Program-made: the position numbers and the translations under genes
Assembly (NCBI RefSeq): GCF_001011035.1
Contig: NZ_CP011492.1
Location: 4,459,516-4,491,515 of the forward strand
Direction: 5' to 3'
DNA length: 32,000 nucleotides
Source of the DNA: Streptomyces sp. CNQ-509
Lineage (GTDB): Bacteria > Actinomycetota > Actinomycetes > Streptomycetales > Streptomycetaceae
Shown: positions 26,361 through 32,000 of the stretch, piece by piece
Numbering within the stretch: the stretch's first letter is position 1
Layout of the letters: the number at the start of each line of letters is the position of its first letter
The notes under the pieces: generated by a model
What the model saw: the letters and a program-made list of their open reading frames with translations, nothing else
Told to the model about the DNA's origin: nothing
Database searches by the model: none

Positions 26361-28103
26361 TCAGTAGGACTTGGTGGTTCCGCTGTCGGCGGGGGCCGTA
26401 CGTGCTGCTCGCGGCGGAGACGGCCGTGGTGTGGGTGGCGAGTTTCGCGTGGCGTTCGTGGCGGGCTGTGGTGTCCCCAGGGGCAAGTGTGCCGTGCGGC
26501 GCAGCCGCCATACGAGAACGTCGCTGACGGAATCTGCGGTGCCCAGTTCACGGCGGTGTGCGGCTCGGGCCAGCAGGGCGGTCGGGTCGTGGCCGGCACG
26601 TTGGGCGTCGGCGAGGGTCGCCGCGAGGGCGCACCAGCCGGGTTCGCTGAGGATCTGCTCGACCAGTTCCGGCAGCGCCTCGCGGAGCTGGGCGGCATGG
26701 CGCCGCTCTTGCGGGGGTGGAAGGCGCCGGCCGCGGTGCGCCAGAGCCGCCAGCGGTGCAGGGGCGGCTGCCCGGTAGGCGGAGCGCAGGTGTTCGGCGG
26801 TCTGGCGGGCGGCGGCGGCCTGCTGTGCGTGGCCTTTCTTCGCGTGCCAGTGCGCGGCGGCGGTGATGAGGAAGAACAGCATGTCGATGGCCATCGCGGT
26901 GGTTGCTCCGTCTTCGCCGTAGCCGAGTGCGGGACCGCCGTGGACGAGGTCGCCCGCGGCCCTTCGCAGCGCGGGGTCATGTCCCCGTACGGCGCGGATG
27001 TGGGAGCGCGAGGCCCGCTCGAAGGCAGTGGCTGCGGCCTGGAGTTCGCGGCGGGTGTGGGCGGCGGACGTCTTCGCGAGCGCGTCCAGGACCTCCCCGG
27101 CCGCGGCGATATGGGCGGCGGCAACGGCGTCCGGCCCGCTGTCGACGACGAGCACGGCCTGCCACGCGGCTGACGCGGCGTGCCATCGGGCGGTCGCCGG
27201 AGCGCCCGGCGCGGTGCGGTCCTCCTGGTGCGGCCGAGTGCGCTGGCCGCCGTCTGGGTGCGGGGCGTCGCCGGTCCAGCGTTCCCGGATGCGAGGGAGC
27301 GAGAGGTCGGGGGCTAGGCGGGCGCCGGGATAGAACACCGGCTGGCCGTCCTTGTTCCGATCGTCGGGCAGGGCGACTTTGTATCCGAGGAGGTCGCCGA
27401 ACGGTGCGGCGCGCTTGCGGATGAGGAGGCCGGCGTCGGCGAGCCGGTCGAAGAACTCGTCTTCGCTGGTCGCGCCGGCCACCGCCTGCCGTACCGTCTC
27501 GCGCAGTTCTTCGCGGGCGGTGCGCTCGCGGCCCTGACGTCTGGCTTTGTGGCGTTCGGCGCTGGTGGGCCGCTGTGCGGCGGTGCCGTCGCCGGGGGCG
27601 ACTTGGTGCAGGCCGAGTTCCTTTTCGATGAGGCGGGCTTCGGCCTGGGCGCGGGTGCCGGAGCGGTAGTCGTCGGGGCGGTGGCCGTCTTCGGTGACGA
27701 GGGTGGCGACGATGTGGATGTGGTCGTCCGCGTGCCGTATGGCGGCCCAGCGGCAGCCGGGCTGTCCGCCGCCGGGGTCGATGCCGGTGGCGGCGACGAT
27801 GCGGCGGGCGATGCCGGCCCATTCCTCGTCGGACAAGACCCGGTCCCTGGGGTCGGCGCGTACGGAGGTGTGCCATACGTGCTTGGCGGGGCGGGCGTGT
27901 GAGGCGAGGGCCATGACGGGCTGGTCGAGGAGTTGCTGGAGGTCGGTGAGGGTGGTGTTCGGGTCGCGGCCGGGGTCGGGGGACATGCCGTCAAACGAGG
28001 CCACGAGGTGCGGGTCGGTGTGCTCCTCGGCCTTGCCGGGGCCGTAGAGGTAGGCGAGGAGTCCGATGGTCCGCGAACCCGAGGAGTTGACGCTGGGGAT
28101 CAC
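26361..28103 (-). CDS. Relaxase / mobilisation nuclease
   Basis: VWHTSVRADPRDRVLSDEEWAGIARRIVAATGI...CRWAAIRHADDHIHIVATLV (HxDxHxH-type motif). GTG 28103 overlaps the upstream MobC-like stop; the longer ORF to 28652 is out-of-frame readthrough of that gene. Confidence 0.88.
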   Translation of the reverse strand: MIPSVNSSGSRTIGLLAYLYGPGKAEEHTDPHLVASFDGMSPDPGRDPNTTLTDLQQLLDQPVMALASHARPAKHVWHTSVRADPRDRVLSDEEWAGIARRIVAATGIDPGGGQPGCRWAAIRHADDHIHIVATLVTEDGHRPDDYRSGTRAQAEARLIEKELGLHQVAPGDGTAAQRPTSAERHKARRQGRERTAREELRETVRQAVAGATSEDEFFDRLADAGLLIRKRAAPFGDLLGYKVALPDDRNKDGQPVFYPGARLAPDLSLPRIRERWTGDAPHPDGGQRTRPHQEDRTAPGAPATARWHAASAAWQAVLVVDSGPDAVAAAHIAAAGEVLDALAKTSAAHTRRELQAAATAFERASRSHIRAVRGHDPALRRAAGDLVHGGPALGYGEDGATTAMAIDMLFFLITAAAHWHAKKGHAQQAAAARQTAEHLRSAYRAAAPAPLAALAHRGRRLPPPQERRHAAQLREALPELVEQILSEPGWCALAATLADAQRAGHDPTALLARAAHRRELGTADSVSDVLVWRLRRTAHLPLGTPQPATNATRNSPPTPRPSPPRAARTAPADSGTTKSY

Positions 28104-28726
28104 GAGCTGCGGCGCTCGATGAGCCGTGCGGCGGCTTCGTGGGTGGTGTCGGCGGCTCGCCGTACGGCGGTGACGGCCGCTTCCAGATAGGGGGCGTCTG
28201 CTCCTGAGTTGAGTGCTTTGGCGGCTTGGTTGAGGTTGCTGCCGGCCCAGCCGAGGCGGCGTCGGCAGTCGAACAGGGCGGTGATCACTTCGCGTTCGTC
28301 GGCGATCTCGGCGCTGGTGCGGTCGAGGTCGCGGGCGGCGGCGAGCGCGGAGCGGGCGAGGAACCCGGCGACGGACAGGTGGCACCGGGCGGCGGCGGAC
28401 TTGATCAGAGTGATCTCGTCGTCGTTGAAGCGGGTGGCGGGCTGGTGCAGGCGCTTCTTCTCGCGCGGCTGACGCGGGCGCTGATGGGCACGGGGCGCGC
28501 GCTGTCGGCGGGCGCTGCGGTCGGTGGGCTTGTCCTCCTTCCCTGGCTTCGATCCGCCCTCGGTCGAAGCCCCAAGGACCTGCGCCCCCCGGTGCAGGTC
28601 CTGGCCCGCCCCCTTCGGGGCGGGTTCGGCGGAAGCTATGCTTCCGCCCCAACTTGCTCGCCCAGCAACCGAGTTGATCTCGCCGTCACGTTGGGGGGTG
28701 TTCCAGTTCGGCGCTGGAGTTGTCAT
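28100..28726 (-). CDS. MobC-like mobilisation protein
   Basis: FNDDEITLIKSAAARCHLSVAGFLARSALAAARDL...LFDCRRRLGWAGSNLNQAAKALNSG...AVRRAADTTHEAAARLI matches the MobC relaxosome pattern. Confidence 0.8.
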   Translation of the reverse strand: MTTPAPNWNTPQRDGEINSVAGRASWGGSIASAEPAPKGAGQDLHRGAQVLGASTEGGSKPGKEDKPTDRSARRQRAPRAHQRPRQPREKKRLHQPATRFNDDEITLIKSAAARCHLSVAGFLARSALAAARDLDRTSAEIADEREVITALFDCRRRLGWAGSNLNQAAKALNSGADAPYLEAAVTAVRRAADTTHEAAARLIERRSS

Positions 28727-28920
28727 CAGCCGCATTCCAGGCAGCGGGCGAGGTGGCCGGAGAGGGCGCGGGCCATCCGTGCCTTGGTCGATGCGGCCTG
28801 TGTTGCGCTGCATCTCGCCGCCGGGCGGCCCTGGTGTCGTACGGAGTGGGCGGTGAGGTAGCCGATCTCCCGTTCGTAGACCGCCTGGAGGGCGGCGAAG
28901 TCGGCGCAGGTCTTGATCAT
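28726..28920 (-). CDS. Small hypothetical protein in the mobilisation operon
   Basis: 64 aa with overlapping ATGA junctions on both sides, consistent with a coupled operon gene. Confidence 0.6.
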   Translation of the reverse strand: MIKTCADFAALQAVYEREIGYLTAHSVRHQGRPAARCSATQAASTKARMARALSGHLARCLECG

Positions 28921-30629
28921 GTGGTGTCCTTCGTCGTCGTGGCGTGGTTGTCGCTGCGCAGTTCGTGCAGGACGAGGCTGAGTTGGGAGTTCCGGCCGCC
29001 TACGAGTCCTTCGCGGCGGAGGATCTCCCGCAGCTGGACCCGGGTGACCGCGGTGTTGCCGTCGCGGGCGAGCAGGTCCGGGACGTGGGGCCGTACCTGC
29101 TGGACAAGCTGGTCCACCGACAGCGCGGGGTCCTGCTGGCGAGGGGTGCGGGATCGGCTGCTGCGCTTGCCCCGGCTCTTCTTCGTGTGCGCCTTCTTGC
29201 GCCGCACGGTCCCCGGTCCCCGGTCCCGGCCCGGTCCCCGGTGGGGGGTGGGCTCGGTCCCCGGGTGGTCTTCCGCGGGTGCGGGGACCGGTCCCCGCGC
29301 TGGTGTTGTCGCGGTCCCCGGTTCGCGGTGTTCTGGCTCCGTGCCGGTCCCTGGGTGGTGTGGTGCGGGTGCGGGGACCGGTCCCTGTGGCGGGTTCGGT
29401 CCCCGGTCCCCGGCTTCGGTGTGGGGACCGGGTGCGGGGACCGGCGGGTCCGGGACCGTCGGCGGGTTGACTTGGTCATTCATGGAGGTGGGGACCGGTC
29501 CCCGGTTCGGCGTCATCGCGGTCCCCGGTTCACGGTCTTCTCGTTCCGTGCCGGTGCCCGGGTGGTGTGGTGCGGGTGCGGGGACCGGTCCCCGTGGCGG
29601 GTTCGGTCCCAGGTCCCCAGCCTCGCTCGGGGTGTGGGGACCGGGCGCGGGGACCGACCCGGTCGGCGGGTTGATCCGGGAACCCATGGGAGCGGGGACC
29701 GGTCCCCGCAGCCGGTTCGGTCCCCGGTCCCCGGCGACGGGGACCGTCGGTGCGGGGACCGCGGTGTCGAGGGTGCCGGCGGTGGGCGGGGACCAGGGGG
29801 AGGGGAGGGCGATGGTGGCGAGGGCGACTGCGTGGCGGCGGGCGGCGAGTTGTCGGAGCAGGCGTGCGCGCTGGTCGGGGTCGGTGCCGACCTCGGCCTT
29901 GCCGAGGGCTTTCGACAGCCGGCGGGTCAGGCGCCGGCCGCGGCGATCGTGTTGCTGCTCGGGCGTCTGCTCGGCGAGCCGGGCGGCCAGGGCGACCGCG
30001 CGGTCGGTGGCCCGGTCCCGGGTGATCTGCGCGGCGTCACGGTCGCGGGCGGCGATGCCCAGGCGGGACAGGAGGCGTTCGCGGGCTTCCCGCCCGAGGG
30101 TGGCGATCAGCGAGCGGGAGGCGGCGCCGGGCGTGCGCAGGCGCAGTTCGATGCCCATGGCCAGGTGCCACAGCACCGCGGCCATGATGGGGCCGACGAA
30201 GGCGCGGACGGTGCCGCCGACCGGGCCGCTTTCGGCGTAGGCGGGGATCACCTGGACCCCGCTGATGATCCAGACCAGGGTGCCGGGCACGCCGGGCGCG
30301 CCCTGGGTGGTGAGGTTCTGGCGGGCCATCAGCGCGGTCGCGAAGAGCGCCAGCTCGGCTGCCGCGAACATGCCGGCGCGTTCGGCGGTGCCGGCCATGT
30401 CGAGGTAGTCGGCGGCGAACCGCCAGGAGGTGTCGGCGCTGTAGGCGGTGCAGGCGAGGGCGGCCACCGCGGCGATGGCGACCGCGGCACTGCCGCGACG
30501 TTCCCGTGACCGGGCGCTGCGCCGCCGCAGCACCCGGACGGCCAGCACGATGGCGAAGGCGGCGAGCAGTGCGGTGGCGAGGAAGAGGTCCAGTTCCGGA
30601 GCGGTGACGGGGGGCAGGACCGCGGTCAT
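28917..30629 (-). CDS. Plasmid/ICE-type membrane protein with proline-rich repeat linker and C-terminal winged-helix-like region
   Basis: Several TM helices in the first ~165 aa, a Pro-rich repeat region, then DQLVQQVRPHVPDLLARDGNTAVTRVQLREILRREGLVGGRNSQLSLVLHELR. Overlaps neighbours by 4 nt. Confidence 0.65.
   Translation of the reverse strand: MTAVLPPVTAPELDLFLATALLAAFAIVLAVRVLRRRSARSRERRGSAAVAIAAVAALACTAYSADTSWRFAADYLDMAGTAERAGMFAAAELALFATALMARQNLTTQGAPGVPGTLVWIISGVQVIPAYAESGPVGGTVRAFVGPIMAAVLWHLAMGIELRLRTPGAASRSLIATLGREARERLLSRLGIAARDRDAAQITRDRATDRAVALAARLAEQTPEQQHDRRGRRLTRRLSKALGKAEVGTDPDQRARLLRQLAARRHAVALATIALPSPWSPPTAGTLDTAVPAPTVPVAGDRGPNRLRGPVPAPMGSRINPPTGSVPAPGPHTPSEAGDLGPNPPRGPVPAPAPHHPGTGTEREDREPGTAMTPNRGPVPTSMNDQVNPPTVPDPPVPAPGPHTEAGDRGPNPPQGPVPAPAPHHPGTGTEPEHREPGTATTPARGPVPAPAEDHPGTEPTPHRGPGRDRGPGTVRRKKAHTKKSRGKRSSRSRTPRQQDPALSVDQLVQQVRPHVPDLLARDGNTAVTRVQLREILRREGLVGGRNSQLSLVLHELRSDNHATTTKDTT
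29274..29672 (-). repeat. Coding tandem imperfect repeat (two ~65-67-aa units) in the membrane protein
   Basis: Unit A NPPTGSVPAPGPHTPSEAGDLGPNPPRGPVPAPAPHHPGTGTEREDREPGTAMTPNRGPVP; unit B NPPTVPDPPVPAPGPHTEAGDRGPNPPQGPVPAPAPHHPGTGTEPEHREPGTATTPARGPVP. Confidence 0.8.
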
Positions 30630-31267
30630 AGGGCCTTTCCAGCAGGGATGGATGCGGTGGTCGACGCGGCGGTTCGGGCTATCGGCTGCCGAGTACGGGG
30701 CCTGCTCGGTGCAGGAGCGTCCACGGCTGGGCTTGTCTTGTGCCGTTTCCTCTTCGGCTGGGGTACGCCGTAGGTGCGGTCGCGGTCGAAGACCTTCAGG
30801 GCGGCTTGCCGGAGCAGGTCCCGGGCATGCCGGTGGCTGATCTGCAGGGCGGCGGCGAGCCGGTCGGGCCGCCAGCCCCGGAGGTAGGCGTGGTCCATGA
30901 CGAGCTGCCGCTCAGCCTCGGTCAAGTGCACATCGCGTCCGTCGAAGAACGCGCGCACGCGCCGATAGTCCAGACGGTGAGGAAGCCCGTCGTGCCAAGG
31001 GCGCCGCTCGGCCTCGGTCAGCCCGCCCCAGATACCTTCCCTGAGGCCGTTTTCCACCGCGTAGTTCAGGCAGTCGCTGCGCACCGGGCACAGGGCGCAC
31101 AGCTCCTTCGCCTCGGCGACGGCGATGTGGTCCCGCGGGGGCGGGAAGAACACCTCGTCGGCCTCCACCGAGTCCAGGCCGTAGCACGCGCCGCGGCTGT
31201 GCCAGCTCGTGTCGGCGATGCCGCGCAGGCCGCTGGCCGGCGCCTCGTGAGTGGTGATGTATCGCAA
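30626..31267 (-). CDS. WhiB-family regulator with C-terminal HTH-like extension
   Basis: WHSRGACYGLD...KELCALCPVRSDCLNYAVENGLREGIWGGLTEAERR is the WhiB Fe-S Cys pattern and G[VI]WGG turn; LTEAERQLVMDHAYLRGWRPDRLAAALQISHRHARDLLRQA resembles an HTH. Confidence 0.85.
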   Translation of the reverse strand: MRYITTHEAPASGLRGIADTSWHSRGACYGLDSVEADEVFFPPPRDHIAVAEAKELCALCPVRSDCLNYAVENGLREGIWGGLTEAERRPWHDGLPHRLDYRRVRAFFDGRDVHLTEAERQLVMDHAYLRGWRPDRLAAALQISHRHARDLLRQAALKVFDRDRTYGVPQPKRKRHKTSPAVDAPAPSRPRTRQPIARTAASTTASIPAGKAL

Positions 31268-31399
31268 GGAACGGTCTCCGATGGGCTGCGCGCTGGGCGG
31301 ACGCGACGTCGGGCACCGCTGCCGAACAACCAGGGGTGCCGCAGCGGAGGTGAGGGGCTATCCGGGCCGGGGGGATGCCGCCCCGGTCTGCGTGGTCGG

Positions 31400-31975
31400 T
31401 CAGGACGCCGCGCGATGCGCGGGGTGCTGTTCGGCGGCGAGGTCGAGCCGGCCGGGGTGAGGGGTGGCGCGTGGTGCGGTGCCACGGGCGGAACCGTCGG
31501 GGCCGATCCGCCGGCGGCGGCACGGCTCCCCGGCCTGGGCCCGGCACCACTGGCACCGCACCGACAGGGCGTCGGGCAGGCCCTCGGCGACGGCCTCCTC
31601 GCGCGCCGCGCGGGCGGGCCGGTAGGGCGCGAGGGCGGCCCGAGCGGCGGGCGGAATGCAGGAGCCGACCTCCCGCAACCGCGCCTCCAACTCCGGGTCG
31701 ACCCGGCCGCGACCCTGGCTGATGGCCCGGTACCGGACGGGCTGAGCGGTGCCGGCGGCCACAGCCTGGCGTGCGCGGGCCAGTTCGGCGGTCCAGGCGG
31801 CCTGGTCGTCGGGGTCGGCGGCCGGGGTGGGGTCGGTGTGGCGGAGCATGCGCTCGCGCCGGTAGCTCTCCCACGGGCGGGCGACGTCGGCGGGCACGAT
31901 CGGGTACGGCGAGATGCGGATGTGCCGACGGGCCGCGGCATAGGCGTCCCAGCCGTACGCGGTGGCCATCGGCAC
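31400..31975 (-). CDS. Putative zinc-finger-containing plasmid/ICE-associated protein
   Basis: VRCQWCRAQAGEPCRRRRIGPDG resembles a CxxC...C small zinc finger; uninterrupted 191-aa ORF on the same strand as the mobilisation genes. Confidence 0.5.
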   Translation of the reverse strand: MPMATAYGWDAYAAARRHIRISPYPIVPADVARPWESYRRERMLRHTDPTPAADPDDQAAWTAELARARQAVAAGTAQPVRYRAISQGRGRVDPELEARLREVGSCIPPAARAALAPYRPARAAREEAVAEGLPDALSVRCQWCRAQAGEPCRRRRIGPDGSARGTAPRATPHPGRLDLAAEQHPAHRAAS

Positions 31976-32000
31976 GTCGCCGAGCAGCTCGTGCCACTGA

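Noticed and set aside
25999-26367. 123-aa plus-strand ORF between the Trypco1-like gene and the relaxase
   Set aside because: The part YHAGWYGVLQLRPHLLDLCCPRLTRSRR...LAQLGGAAAYLVKHL might be a remnant of a real gene, but start, family and completeness could not be supported.
28104-28652. N-terminal 183-aa extension of the relaxase ORF
   Set aside because: It is an alternate frame of the MobC-like gene; the GTG at 28103 overlapping the MobC-like stop is the natural start.
1-32000. CRISPR array or rRNA/tRNA genes
   Set aside because: No regularly spaced short repeats and no recognisable rRNA or complete tRNA sequence were seen by eye.

Overview
High-GC actinobacterial (Streptomyces-like) accessory DNA that reads as a mosaic mobile or accessory region. 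From left to right: (1) the 3' end of a tyrosine-recombinase gene, then a small HTH regulator and a 784-aa zinc-finger, recombinase-like protein; (2) a degenerate IS1182-type element with 22-bp perfect inverted ends; (3) a mercury-resistance block: merB, a MerR-family regulator, merA and a divergent ArsR-family regulator; (4) a divergently regulated operon encoding a small membrane protein, a SAM methyltransferase, a fused HgcA-like/HgcB-like corrinoid-ferredoxin protein, a P1B-type ATPase with a TPC motif and a DUF169-like protein, with a GntR-family regulator opposite it and an 8-bp-arm palindrome in the shared promoter region; (5) two paralogous ~1,430-aa trypsin-STAND NTPase-TM-propeller proteins, one translationally coupled to a small Trypco1-like (CU044_2847-type) protein, separated by an IS630-like remnant; (6) a tightly overlapping mobilisation operon (relaxase, MobC-like, membrane protein, WhiB-like). 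The two most interesting candidates are the HgcAB-like fusion operon beside mer genes and the duplicated trypsin-STAND/Trypco1 locus. All family assignments come from reading motifs by eye; no database search was run.
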